A stretch of DNA of 64,000 bases, taken from positions 5,394,001 through 5,458,000 of the forward strand of contig JANJGN010000034.1 of NCBI GenBank assembly GCA_026770705.1. Direction: 5' to 3'. Positions 26,575-39,599 of this stretch are shown here, piece by piece. The notes beneath the pieces were generated by a model. That model was not told where the DNA came from and did not search any database. It worked only from the letters and a program-made list of their open reading frames with translations. The stretch's first letter is position 1. Every line of letters begins with the position of its first letter. The stretch is from Isurus oxyrinchus (Eukaryota). Made by a program: the position numbers and the translations under genes.

Positions 26575-27432
26575 TCGAGGAGGTGGACAGGCTGCAGAAG
26601 GATTTGGAGAGGTTAGGAGAATGGGTAAAGGAGTGGCAAATGGAATACAACGCTGGGAAATGTGATGTAATTAACTTTGGGGGAAGAATAGAGGGATGGA
26701 CTATTTTCTTTTTTAAAGGGGGGAGCATTCAGAACTTTGAATTGCAAAGGGATTTGGGAGTTCTAGACCAGGATTCTCTTAATGTTAACTTGCAATTTGA
26801 GTCGGTAGTTAGAAGGCAAATGCAATGCTGGAAATCATTTCGAGGGTACTAGAATATAAAAGCAGTGATGTGCTGCTCAGGCTTTAGAAGGCTCCGGTCA
26901 GACCTCATGTAGAATATTGTAAGCAATTCTGTGTCCCGTATCTCAAGAAGTATCTGCTGGCCCTGGAGAGAGTCCAGGGGAATTTCACGAGAATGCTCCC
27001 AGGAATGAAAGGCTTTATATATGAGCTCATTCTGAGGAATCTGAGTCTATACTCGATGGAGTTTAGAATGATGAGGGGGGATCTGATTGGAACGTACAGA
27101 ATACTGAAAAATCTGGATAGAGTGGGCGTGGACCCGAGGGCACAGCCTCAGAATAAAGCGAAGACCTATTAGGACAAGGATCAGGAGAAACTTATTTAGC
27201 CAAAGATTGGTGAATCTATGGAATTCATTGCCACATAAGGCTGTGAAGGCTGATCGTTGAGTGCATTTAACACCGAAATAGATAGGTTCTTGATTGGTAA
27301 TGGTATCAAAGATTACGGGTAGAAGGCGGGAGAACGGGGATGAGAAACTTCTCAGCCATGATTGAGTGGACAGCAGACTCGATGGGCCGAAAGGCCTAAA
27401 ATATATTCCAATTTCTTATGGTCTTATGGTCT
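26575..27432 (+). mobile_element. CR1 LINE 3' end (5'-truncated)
   Basis: ORF 26583 reads DRLQKDLERLGEWVKEWQMEYNAGKC...QRDLGV (CR1 ORF2 C-terminal region); tandem tail cttatggtcttatggtct. Confidence 0.92.
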
Positions 27433-28211
27433 TTTCTGGTCTGCTTTGACTGATCTGGCAGATTCCATGGCCCTTCTATCTTGCTATTTTGTTCGTGACT
27501 GCCAATCATGTTAAGGAAGGGAATACAAATAAAGCAAATGATGTGCTTTCACATGAGAACTGATCATACTAGGTTTTTATTTATTTGTAAAGAATGCCAA
27601 TTGAGGATCAGTTCAGGAAATTACAGAAGAGATGGTAACATGTGAAATTTGCTATCCAAAGCATCAAACAACTTCCCAAACCATTTCCCATGCTGGAACT
27701 CTTATTGAAATGAAATAACACAAGCTCACCAAGTGCCACGTTCAAAATTACTGCCTGTGGAGCTTAGTTTTGCGCAAAGGGTTACACTTTTTTTTTCTTT
27801 TACTGCAGAGGTCTTCAATTATCAAAAAAGCATTGAGGCACATCCGCTGGCCGGTGAATGTGGAAATTGCCACGCTGATTATGTTTCTCTTTAATTTCCC
27901 TTTGTTTTCATTCTCTTTTCTTTCCTCCCGGTAATAATTCATCGATTGAAATGCTGGCAAATGTGCAAACTTGATGTCTCTTTTTAAAGTAAGAACGGAA
28001 ATTAAAATGTGTTAAAATTAAACATAATTGGTGAAACTAATCGGTCAATAGTTCTTGAATGGCATGTGTGTCATCACAACATTTCCTGCGATTATACAAA
28101 TTTATTTTCCTATGATTAAATTAAATGTATGGCAATTGCGGTTGAAAAACTTCATGAACTTTCAGACATTTAGTTCAAGTTTATTTTGTCCTTCGATTGG
28201 TCTAATTTCTT

Positions 28212-28243
28212 GGGGGGGGGTGGGGGGGGGGGTGGTGTGGGGG
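28212..28243 (+). repeat. G-run tract (G-quadruplex-capable) about 90 nt upstream of micro-exon m10
   Basis: Two long G runs followed by tggtgtggggg. Confidence 0.85.
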
Positions 28244-28331
28244 ACGACACATTCCCGCCTTTAATTCGCCTTTGTTGCAAATTGGTAATGAGTTCATGTT
28301 GATGCTTTTCCTTTTTAAATTTCGCTTTCGG

Positions 28332-28358
28332 AGGACAAACTTAAGAAGCTGCAGACAG
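28332..28358 (+). CDS. micro-exon m10, 27 nt, KDKLKKLQT, with non-canonical (GG) acceptor; possibly skipped or dead
   Basis: ttttcctttttaaatttcgctttcgg|AGGACA...CAGACAG|gtaacc; good pyrimidine tract and donor, right size and register, but cgg where cag is expected. Confidence 0.6.
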
Positions 28359-28589
28359 GTAACCAAAGCGAATACACAGTGTCCATGAGTCGTGCAAAAT
28401 TTGAAACATGAAACAGAGAGTGTCCCCTAGCACAAATTGCAGTTCCATGGAGTACTGCGAGATAGCTCGGTTACTTAACTGAGAGGATGAAGGAATTTTA
28501 AGAGGTGCCCTTTATAAGACAAGTTTGCACTTAGTGTTATGTTTACTTTAACCTTAAATTAACTTTTATTCAATTTTAGTTACTGATAA

Positions 28590-29285
28590 ACACGCTGCCT
28601 GCCAGTGCCTTTTGAGAAGCTGATTAATTAGATGATTAACTTCCACTGAGTTACTAACAAGCAAGGCATGAATTGGTCTCTGTTTTAGCAGCCAATACGC
28701 ATGCAGGCTATTTTGGAAGCACACTAAGTAATTAACATGTGGTCCAGTGCCAGAGAATATTGACAGAGAGAGCAGTTGCTTGACATCTCTCATTGGGAAA
28801 TTTCTGAAGTTTGTTCTTTTTTTCAAGTAGCATCAGGACATTTAGAAGACTATAATAGAAACAAACGGAGTAAGCAATGCAAAGTTGTCCACTTTGCTTT
28901 GAAGAATCGGAAAGGCAAATTGTAATTAATTGACCAAAATTAGAAATCCTGCGTTACAATTTAATTTCAATATTCTTATGGATGAATCTCCAAATGGTCG
29001 CTGTCAAATACTACATATAATAAGGGGCCTATATTGTCTGTTCGCTTTATTGCCAGTAATTTGGAACTTACATGTAGGGAAGATTTGCTGTTTGTGCACC
29101 CGGTATTGGTGGCAGAGCAGAGAGGGCACTGCGAACAATTTTTAACTCTTCATATAATGGTTCATCGACTCATACTGGAGGCAGCGCAGAGAATGTTCAC
29201 TTGGTTGATTTGTGGGTAAAAAAGGATTGCCTCAAGAGGAAATGCTAAGCATGTTGGGCTTGAACGATCTGGAGTTTTTAATATT
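28590..29285 (+). mobile_element. CR1 LINE fragments with internal deletion
   Basis: 'tgacatctctcattgggaaa...ggacatttagaa' and 'ggaggcagcgcagagaatgttcac' are CR1 motifs. Confidence 0.6.
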
Positions 29286-29779
29286 TAAAACAGGAAATCT
29301 ACATCTGCTGTAATTCCGATTCGAACTGAGATATTTGCTGACACGACGCAGATCACAAAACACTATAGAACCAGAGGGCCACTGAAAGAGCGTTTGCCTT
29401 TCCTCAAAACAACCAGGAACGCTGAATACCGAAGGAATTCGAATTGATGTCCCAAAAAAAGCATCGTGCCAATGCTTTATTTTGAAAAAAAAATAGAATA
29501 AATTGAGCTACAGTCCTCGTCCTTCAGCAAAGGGAGCTCTAGATTTCACCAATGGTTTGACTGAAATATTTGTTGCGTTTTAAGCACATTATATTTGTAT
29601 GGAGTCACCCTAGATTGGGCAACTGCCCGTTTGAATATGAAGGCACACAACATTGTACCACATTTCTACAGAAAAAGAATAAAGTAAATTAGATCGCATT
29701 AACACCCTGGCACCATAATTCAGCCCTATAACAACATGATTCGCCCAGTCTCACTAAATTCTGAAATTTTGCAGAGGAA

Positions 29780-32490
29780 AGAAATGTTGGACGTCACCGT
29801 TTCTGTCCTAAAATATTGGGAGTTATATTGCATCCAAGAAGAATAATAAGCTGGTAAAATTTGGAGCAGCTGCACTGTTGATGAAGAATGGCATTGCTTC
29901 AATAGTTAGTGATTCAGTTGATTGAGGCCACCAGGATGTAGAATCCGTTGGCTTGGAGATGGGGAATAGTAGCGCCAAGAAAACACGAGTGGGGGTTGTC
30001 TAAAGGAAGCCAAACAGTAAAAAATAAGTAGGACAAGAAGAAATGTTGGGTTCTTTCATATAGGGATGTCAATACTCATGAAGATTTTGATCTACATATC
30101 AACTGGAAAAAGTCAGTTTTTAAGTAGTTGCATCGATAAAGGTCCCATAGAATGCTTTCAGGATCCTTTATTCAAGCAGCATGCTCTGGAGCCAACAAGA
30201 GAACAAGCTCTATTACACTTGGTATGCTGTTCTACGAAAGGTTTAATTAATGACCTGAAATTGAAGGTTCCCCCTAGACAGGAGCGACCACAATATGTTT
30301 GAATCTTATATCCAGTGTGAAAGGGACAAGAGTGGGGATAAGCCTAATATTTTCAACTGACTTAAGTGCAACTATGTGGGCAAAAAATTGAGCTAGCTAA
30401 AGCGAACTGGGATATTATGCTGGGAGAATGTATAACACAGATACATAGTCAGTCATTTAGAAGGGTAACTGTGACTAGTTACAATAATATAATAATATTT
30501 ATGCTGTGAAAGAAGATTCTTAGGAGATGACCCACAAATCCCTGGTGAACTAAAAAAATAGTTAAATCACCAACCACGGGGAAAAGAATGCAACTGTGCA
30601 AAGATGAGTGGCTTTCAGATGATAGGTGAGAATTTAATGAGTGGCAGAGCATGACTAAAAGGTCAATCTGGCGAAAGAATCTAGAGTTTGAGAGGCAGCT
30701 GGTTAGCAGTGTAAACGTTGATTAAAAAGGATAGGAAAAGAATCAGTAAAGTTTGTTTGTCTTTTAGAGAGTGATAATGGTTAGTTAACAGTGATTTATA
30801 AGGATATGGATGAAATCAACGCATATTTTGCTTCTGTCTTCACAATAGAGGATACAGACACCCCAGTAATAGATTTGACTGAAGAGATGGAATGGATGTG
30901 GACATTTGAGTGAACTACAATCACTAGAGAAGTTGTACTGAGCAAACTGAAGGATCTGCGTGTTGCAAAACCTCCACGTCCGGATCGTTTTCACCTTAGG
31001 GCCTTGAAAGAGCTTCCTAATGAAATTGCACCGAATTTGCAGCAAATCTTTCAAATTTCGCGAGATTCTGCAAACGCCCCATCAAACATGAACACAACAT
31101 GTTTAAAGCTACAAGAAAGTTGTGAGGCAGAAAACTGAAAACTGTAGGTCAGTAAGCTTGACAGCTGTCGTTGTGACGATGTTCTATTCGATCATCAAGG
31201 ATGTTATAGCTGGACATGTGGACAACCAACTTACACGGGAAGTTTCAACATGGTTTTCTGAAAGGGAAAACGTGTTTAGCTAATTGTCTGGAGTTTTTTC
31301 AAGTTCTTCATGCCCGATGGATAATGGGTGCCTTCTACAGGCGCTGCACTTGATCTTAACGAATAAATTTGATAAGATTCGACATCAAATCTTACTGCTG
31401 AACGCTGATAATGTCGGGGATTACACAATAGCATGGATAGAACGTTGCCTGACTGGCAGGAAGGACAGATAATGCAAAAATCTTCATTTTTCATTTACTG
31501 ATCACAGGATATGACGACCAGAGTTCCACGTGGCTCTGTTGGGGAGAACTAACTTTTCTTAATGAATATCAATGAATTGATGAGGGGTGTGAAGTCAAGG
31601 TAGTTAAATTTGCAGAAGGTGCTAATATAGTACGAATATATGACATACAGAAGATATAGGGCGTTGCAGGTAGGTACATTGAGTGAGTGTTCCGAAGTAT
31701 AGATTTTAGATATTAACGTGGGACCATGTGAAGTTTTTCATTTTGGCATGGAGAATAATTAACAGTATTAGTTTCACGGATAACTACTGCAAAATTCTGA
31801 GATGCAGAGTGATCTAGTTGTTCCAGTCGCTGAGTCACAATAGCTGAGTATGCTGGAGCAGCAACTAATTAAGAAGGCAAATGGAATGCTATCCTTTATT
31901 GCAAGAGTAATTGAACATACAGGTTATGCTTAAGTTATACAAGCCGTTGATGAGACCAGATCTATACTACTGTGCCCTTTTAATCTACTTAATTAAAGAG
32001 GATGTACATTCGTTGGAGGTGGTTCAGAATAGGCTTACCAGATTGACATTTGAAATAAACGGGTTGGCTTAGGAAGTAATTTTTGACGATTTGGCATGTT
32101 TCTACTGGAGTGTAGAAGAGTTGGGGTCACTTATTTGAAATATATAACATCATGAAATATATTGATAACGTGGGCAGTTTCCTCTTGTGGGTGAGACCAG
32201 AACAAGAGGACACGGTTTTCAAATTAGGGGCTACACATTTTGGACGTTAAATGTGCTTTTTTGCCCCTCTCAGGTGGTTGTGAGGATTTTGAACTCGGCC
32301 TCCAAAGTTGGTGGACGTGAATTCATTGAATAGTTTCAAGGCAGAGTTAGATAGATTATATTTATGCCAGAGAATCAAGTTTTGATCAAGGTAGATGGGA
32401 ATGTGGAATTAGACAAACAATATGCATATCGAACAGCATAGCAGACTTGAATGGTCCTTTGTCTGATGTTATGTCCTCGGGTTGCATGTT
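29780..32490 (+). mobile_element. Long degenerate CR1 LINE ORF2 (endonuclease + RT + 3' end)
   Basis: Remnant peptide EPTREQALLHLV; 'tattttgcttctgtcttcac'; HGF-KGK-CL-N motif near 31250; 'aaatttgcaga' near 31610; many stops and frameshifts. Confidence 0.88.
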
Positions 32491-33013
32491 GCTTTGTTCT
32501 TGAGTACTTTTATTTGAGTGCAATGTACTATTGATCTATCCTAACGTTATTGTTCACATTAATAATGATCGATTGGCTGTTTTGCGTGTTTTTATCAACT
32601 TCCTTCCAAGTTAAGGCAGTATTACAACAACTGCTTAACCACTGTTATTGTCCCTTGCAATGGAATGTTTTCATCTATATTTACATGTTTACACACGTCC
32701 TAGAAGTTTTGTCTCTCACACTATTTGTCTTGTCCTTCTCATAGATGTCTGAAATGAAACAGCATTTAACCAAGCAGCATTTACGTTCACTAACAATGGA
32801 TGGAGCAGTTGGTTTTGCAGTTATTTGTGCAAACCCTGACTTTTATCTCTGAATTCGACAAGCTGCAACGATGCACAAAGCCATTGTGACCCGCATTAAC
32901 TCTACTTAAACAGTTATTGGAGAGCAAGCAAAATGGCGAGCTGTAAAACCAATGGTTTAAAGGTAATTTTCTTCCACAATGCGGTTTATGATGTCTTTAT
33001 TTTCTTCATACAG

Positions 33014-33040
33014 GACGAAAGTTGCAGGATTGCGAGAAAG
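33014..33040 (+). CDS. micro-exon m11, 27 nt, GRKLQDCEK
   Basis: tttattttcttcatacag|GACGAA...GAGAAAG|gtagag; LQDC motif shared with m1. Confidence 0.85.
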
Positions 33041-34149
33041 GTAGAGTAAAATATTTCAGAGAAGCTGAGAAACTGAGGAAAATATTATATTTTCTGCAAA
33101 GTTGAAGTGGAAAAACTGGATTTACCCAGTCGGGCAGGAAGCATATTTGAAAGGAGAGGTAGAATTAAAGTTTCCGGCCGCTTTCATAATGTCAGCATTG
33201 TAAAACCCCAAGGTTTAGAGTCAAGCACAGTGCCGGACAACAAAAAAAATGAGTTACTGAGGAATAAACATTGTGATATGGAGGAGTATATACTTCATTA
33301 CTTTAATGAAAGGATGCTGGTGAAAGGCAAAGAGTGGAGCAAATGGTGTAGTTACAAAGCATTGTAGTGAAATAAACAATGAATTTTCACTTCAATTTAC
33401 AACAACATCATTTTCAACATCACCCAAAAAAGATTAAAATGGAGGATTCATTAACAATTGTTAATAAACGTTAAGCCTGGTCTGTGGTGAATAATCTAAC
33501 GGAGAACAGCAAGTCAGCAGCTAACTTTAGATTTTTAATATCTGTTTCATCCGAATAATATGGCAGGCAGCAGGAAGATAGAGGTCAGAGTTGCAGAAAA
33601 AGAACAATGACAAAGGCGATTGGTTATGAATTCAGAGAGTGCTTTATTGGATGAAGGCATGCTTTCAAGAGCCAATCAACATACCTGACTTTGCATTGCT
33701 GAAAAACAGAGATAAATGCAGTTGATTCTTTCCATCCTCCACGTAAAGTACAGAGACAAGCTTCCCACGTTTTACAGTGAGCAACACTTTATGGAAAATG
33801 AGAAAGAGGTGCTGTGTCTTTAGCAAGTCCACTCTAATTGTTCAAAGTGTTGTCAAGATCGAATGCACTAGGAAAGTAGGGCGTCTCACTTTTTTATTTC
33901 ACTCAAAAGCAGAACCTTATGCTTGGGAATAATTCTATTCATTGTATTTTTTCAGAAGAGTTGAGCTCCAAGTTGATGGATATATGTCAACTTCTAGCAA
34001 TAGCACATGAGCTGGATTGAGAAGCCGACTGATAATGCTAAATGCATTCTTATTGTAATTTAAAACACTCTCCAATTCTTGACCAAGTGCTGTGCAAACA
34101 GAAATTCGCGTCCAATATTAAACACTGGTGCAGACCTTTTAATAGCCAG

Positions 34150-35130
34150 AAACTCATTCTCCAGTCCTAAGCAAGAAGTTGTGCTGTTGAGCACTGCCCA
34201 ATGAATTCCTCACTCAAAAGCACCACAGATATGCCCTGGACAGTTGAAATGTTGTTGGTTAATGCTTCTGGAATCTTCCAAAACTGCAATTTACATAGGA
34301 AACGCTGCATGTTTCGGGCACCTGGAGCAGAATAACTACCCAGGCAAAGTAAAAAGAAATGCCTAGCTCCTGTGAAACCGCATTACCAAACACCCCCTCC
34401 AACCACCCATTTGAATGTTGCCCAACCCTACCCCAATCCCGACTATAACGACCTCGTAATCACCCGGCCCTTTCCACCTTCACCACCCATAACACCAAGT
34501 CCAGAATACATAATTTCTTGTTGCCCTATACGCGAATTCACCTCCAGTTCTACCGAAAATCCGACAATCTACTCCATGCTGCTCCCGCCCAATGTAAACC
34601 ACCAAAATACCCGACCATACGACGCCCTCACCACGCAAATACACCTCCACCTGACCACACTGACCATCCAAGCCATCACCTCTCCCATTAACCCAACCAC
34701 CCACAGCCCCAAACACCCCTATCCACTTACCTTACAGACTTGGCTTTTTGCCTGTTAAAGTGGCAGGGACCATTAACATTGTCGACTCAATGCAGCTACT
34801 GCCGTCAAAGTGGGGCGTGGAAATCGGCACCCAGAACAGCTGGATGAACATTTCCCAGTTTATCAAGGTCAACAATCCAGGATGGAAAAGTGCCGCAACA
34901 GATTAAGGTATATAGAAGTAGATGGAGTTTGTGGGGGAGGATTGATGGCATTCCGACTGTGAATGCTAGTTCGGAGAAGGCTTAGCCCATCGTTTTTGCA
35001 GGTTTGCAAAAACGGACTTTTGAATTTTGTTTTATTTTGGTGTCCCCGATTTTGAGGAGGCCAGATCGTGAAAGGAAAAAACAGCATTAAAAAATCAAAA
35101 CACCACTGAGCCTCTGCATTGCCTGCAATG
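34150..35130. mobile_element. Possible non-autonomous DNA-transposon (MITE-like) remnant with C-rich low-complexity interior
   Basis: C/A-rich block 34380-34735 flanked by GC-richer sequence; TIRs not resolved. Confidence 0.3.
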
Positions 35131-36892
35131 AGTGCTAATCAGAGAATGGAGGCCGAGTTGGAAAGGTAAAATTCAGTGCACCCCATGCTCGAGAATAACC
35201 GCTGATCCTGAGGGAGAGTGGATTGATTTTTTTTTAAGGTAACAGGTTTTTGAGGAGAGGTCGGTCCTTTCATATTGCTGAACTGAAAGGGAGGAAACGT
35301 TTTCTTTTTCTGCTTGCTTGGGGCGAATAGAGACGTCGATGCAGTAATATTATCCAATGGATATTATTGCTAGCGGTGATCAAATTGGAGATAGATAGAG
35401 CTGCATGCACTCTGGGTGATACGGTAGCTGCGACGGCAAAAGGGAGGGAATTGAGAAATAGACGAGTGACTGCTAATTGCAGTTGAATGAAATTAGTGAT
35501 AAACGTGTTCGAAACGTTGGACAGAAGCCTGGCGTCATGGGCACACTTACCATAGAGTTGCTGGAACTGGCAGATTGGAATTGAATCTTCAGCGTCTGTC
35601 GGGTGGGAGCATACAATGGAGCTAGCGGCTGGTGACATTGGGTTCTCAAAATATTTGCTGACATCTTTATCCCTCAAATCGCATATAGCGAAGTCTGAGC
35701 TGGCAGCAGAAAGGCTCAAGTGAATGATTTTAATTGGAAAGAATGAGGTAAATAGGTGTAAAGTTTTTTGACATTTTCCAATTCTACAATGAATCAGGAA
35801 ATGGTAGCAAAACGGTTAACATGCGCTCTTTCTCACTCAATCTTTCTCTCCCTGCATTTTTTTTTGCCTCCTAAATTGATTGAATAGAATTTAACAGAGG
35901 ATATTTGAAAAGTTGTTATCTTTTGATGGTTTACTACATCTACATTCTCCTAAAGCATTTTTTCAGGAAACTTAGGGGAAAAATTATGCTCCTAATTTTG
36001 TAAACAGCTCATTGGAAGGATGCTACCATTGTAAAATGCAATTTCTCGACAGCTTTCTTCACTTTTCCAGATTTACTAATCCCACCTTTGGTAATTCACA
36101 ATTAACCCTATGCATCATTATTGAATTCAGAACTCCATTCCGGTTTCTGTAGCTTTTTAATATGCTTCTGAATAGCTAGAATGAATATAAAAAAGCTGCT
36201 TTCCAATCAATCTTGCCACACTTGTTGAACAATACCTGATTTTCCATATTATTTCAAGATTAGTCATGTCAGATTTGTTTTAATTATCGTCCTGCATGAC
36301 CTTGAGTCATAAAATCCTGAATTCCAAATGAAAAAAAAGCAAAAAACTAAAAGAAAATGACTGGTGTGTTGCTTCACATGTGAAGCCCCCTCCCTTTCTC
36401 CCCCAAAATATATTATGCCAATACACTGATGCACATTTTGCCCTCTCAATTGGTCATAATCTATTTGACAATGAAAGATAAATGTGAGTGCAATAAAGGA
36501 TATTTGAGCATATACCTTGAATGATTCTGTTCCCACATAATGATATTGATTAGGAATCAAAATATATATTTTGAATTCCCTCTAAGGGATGTTGCTCCAT
36601 TCTGAGTTCGTCAAAGGTGCACACTGAATGCAAGTCCTTTTTCTGCTCCACAACACCGACCCATCCAAACTCCCCCACATCTCCCCCTTTCTCTCCCTCC
36701 GGGGCCCCATCTGTCTCTCTCTCTCTCTCTATCTACAGATTTGTACCAATTGACCAGGCCGAGCCACCTGTCTCAGAGAATGGAATAATGGAACACTGGA
36801 TGTGCAAGGTAGATCTTAAGTCAAATCATTTTCGTAGTAAAACCAAGATGCAAAAATTGAAAAGCTTGTTCTGTTCTTTGTTTTTGCCCCAG

Positions 36893-36928
36893 AACTGAAA
36901 CAACTGAAAGATGAATTAGCAAGGCTAG
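36893..36928 (+). CDS. micro-exon m12, 36 nt, ELKQLKDELARL
   Basis: ttctttgtttttgccccag|AACTGA...AGGCTAG|gttaga. Confidence 0.9.
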
Positions 36929-38265
36929 GTTAGAAACAATATGCTTTTTTCCCCATATTTATTACGATATTTAAATTGTTACAATTCATTGTATATGTCC
37001 AGATAATTTGATCTGCAACTGGATCGCTTACTGTTTGCTTACATTATAAAATGTTTGCAAGTGACATGTCAAATTATTTTCATTTTCTCTCATCTGTTGC
37101 AAGCCTGACCAAGCTGAAAAAAATGACTTTACACATGTCATAAGTAGTAAGAGAGTGTGAACTGCAAATTTAACAGAGTGGTGCCCGTGATGGTCCATTT
37201 GTGTTGTGTGACAAGACAAGCGAAACTGTGCACGTGCTTTTTAGAGGAAAAACATGTTTAAGCGAAGATATTACGCATGTATTTTTGTGCCTGCCTTTTA
37301 GACATGAAAATGGGGCTTTAATCGACATAGTTGGGACTCGGTGACAACAAGACAGAGATTAGAGCATTTATGAAACAGTGGGATGGGTGGTGAATGTTCT
37401 CTGCCCCGCGCATGCGTGTGCGTCGGCATGCTAGTGTGGGTGTGTATGCCTTTGTGTGTGTATGTGTGCATCTGTATATGTGTCCGTTTGTCATACTCAG
37501 CAGAATATAATGGACAACAGGAAATGTTGCTCAAGCAGTTTGAATAATGTTTTGGAAATGTTTCCACCAAATTACATTATGAATCTATAACATTAGTCAG
37601 CATATCCGCTGCGGATGAAGTGGTCATTATCAGGAATTCGATGGAAGCACCAAATTTGGAATTTTACTTCAATGGTCCAGATTGTAACCATCATTCATTG
37701 AAATAAAATAAATAGTAGGTCAGTATTGTATTTGAGAAAATGTGCGTAATTTTGTGCAAGCAAAGAGGGCTGGATGGAGATGGCTAATTAATTTCAGTAT
37801 TAAGAGGCAGAACGATTGATAATTATTGTATAGTTCAATGAACTTCACTTGCTGGCAACTGTCCCTTGTGTTAAAAAAAAACTGCACGTTGGCCTTGCTG
37901 TTCCTTTGTGCTAGAGTGCGGACATAAATCACTCACATACAAGGAGCTAGAATGCCAAAGCATTACTCGCATTAACAATATCCTTGTCGACAAATGTATC
38001 CATAACCTCGTCCTCCTTTCATCAGCACTCTCCATCTGTTTGGTAAACCTCTGCTAACTTCTGACGATGCTCTAATTCTTGACTATTACACATCTCCGCT
38101 TCTATAAGGCAAATATATTATCTGCATTCATCTTTCGATTTAACTAACAGAATTGCTGAAGGAAAGCATGCAAACATATGCTGAACGTTGGTGCAGATTA
38201 TTTGGAGATTTTGTAGCGCCCTTGGTCAATTGAAGCATCACAGTTTTTACCATTAAAATATACAG

Positions 38266-38292
38266 AAAAAGAACTGGAAAAGAAAGACAAGG
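38266..38292 (+). CDS. micro-exon m13, 27 nt, EKELEKKDK
   Basis: ccattaaaatatacag|AAAAAG...GACAAGG|gtaatt; paralogous to m4. Confidence 0.88.
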
Positions 38293-38977
38293 GTAATTAA
38301 GTTAACACTATTATATACAGTGCGTGATATGTGCATTTTACTTTTTATTGTCATGGAATATGAACATCGCTGTTAAGCTGCCTCGTGCCTGCACATCTCT
38401 AATTGCCATTAATTAATTCCATATGGAGAGGACACACACATTTTTGTTATTACTTTCGGTGGGTCATGGATCCTTCCTGTTGGATAAACATGTTATTTGT
38501 CACCGTGTCTAGGGCAATGTGTGGCAGGTTTGAGTGGTTTGATCTGATCCATTGATTTTTATGTCGTTTTCATCTGACGAAAGCATGGTGTTTAGATTCT
38601 CTTATGTGCATCTATTAAATGCCTATGTCAGCTTCAACAGCGAAGAACCTCACTATTACTCATTATTGTTGCTCCTCCTGCCATACACTTCTATATTTCT
38701 GATCAAACTTTGTTTTACCACTTCGCTGCGGGTGAGGTCCACTAGTCTTGCCAACACGTTCCCAGTAGGGTAAGGTTTAGACAAGTGCATGCAGTTTTTG
38801 ATTGCGGTAGAATGAAATTTGCACTGTTACAGACGAACTGCAGCTTCTCAGGAAGCACAGGCTGGAGTTGATAAATTCATTTTAAAGCTACGAATAAAAA
38901 TGTTTTATCTGTCATACGACACGATGTTGGCTATGATCTTCTGGACTGTACATTTCATGTTCATTTTGTTTCTATAG

Positions 38978-39004
38978 CTTTGGATGCAAAGTGCAAAAAC
39001 ACCG
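38978..39004 (+). CDS. micro-exon m14, 27 nt, ALDAKCKNT
   Basis: ttcattttgtttctatag|CTTTGG...AACACCG|gtaagt; KCK motif shared with m5. Confidence 0.88.
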
Positions 39005-39089
39005 GTAAGTATTCAAAAAATAAATCTAGGAATAAATCTGAATTCTGCGGAAACACACATCAGTTGTAACATAGACTGATGGATCATAT

Positions 39090-39595
39090 AATCACAGCAT
39101 CATAGCATTTTAACGGCAGAAAAGGAGGCCATTCCGCCCATTGTGCCTGCACCGGCACTCCAAATAATTATTATGACACAGTGCCTTTGCTCAACATTTC
39201 AGCTGTAACTCTGCACATAGATTATATTCAAATAATCATCTAATGCCCTCTTAAATGCCTCGATTTAATCTGCCTCCACCACCCTTTCAGGCAGTGCATT
39301 CCAGTTCCGAACCTTTCGTTGTGTGAGAAAGATCTTGGTTGTTTTGGAACGTTAAATCTGTGCACCCTCTTTCTTACTGATTTCATGAGTGGGAATGCAT
39401 CTCGCTATGTCATCTCTCCAGACCCCTTTAGATTTTGAACATCTCTGGCAAATTGCCATTTATTCTTCTTCTCTCCATTTGAACGGTTCCACACATCCAA
39501 AATGTATTCGTAACTGAAGCCTCTCATCCCTGGAACTATTTTTGTAAACATCCTGCGCACTCTTTCCAGTGTGCTCACATCCCTCCTATAATGTG
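39090..39595 (-). mobile_element. CR1 LINE 3' end, antisense
   Basis: ORF 39405-39599 reads YRRDVSTLERVRRMFTKIVPGMRGFSYE; 'gaggccattccgccc' tail motif. Confidence 0.88.
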
Positions 39596-39599
39596 ACAA

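Noticed and set aside
32852-32884. Cap-like reading EFDKLQRCTKP upstream of m11
   Set aside because: The acceptor would be ctg and no in-phase GT donor follows
33956-33985. Strong acceptor followed by a heptad-like reading (EELSSKLMDI)
   Set aside because: The only nearby in-phase GT (gtcaac) is weak and would end the exon in T, giving TAA with m12. m11 joins m12 in perfect register without it. It could be a dead exon copy.
35133-35165. ANQRMEAELER reading with a GT donor
   Set aside because: Wrong phase and no pyrimidine tract
36739-36808. AG/GT-flanked 70-nt segment after a (CT)n tract
   Set aside because: Stop in the phase-1 frame and not a multiple of 3; the pyrimidine tract is a microsatellite
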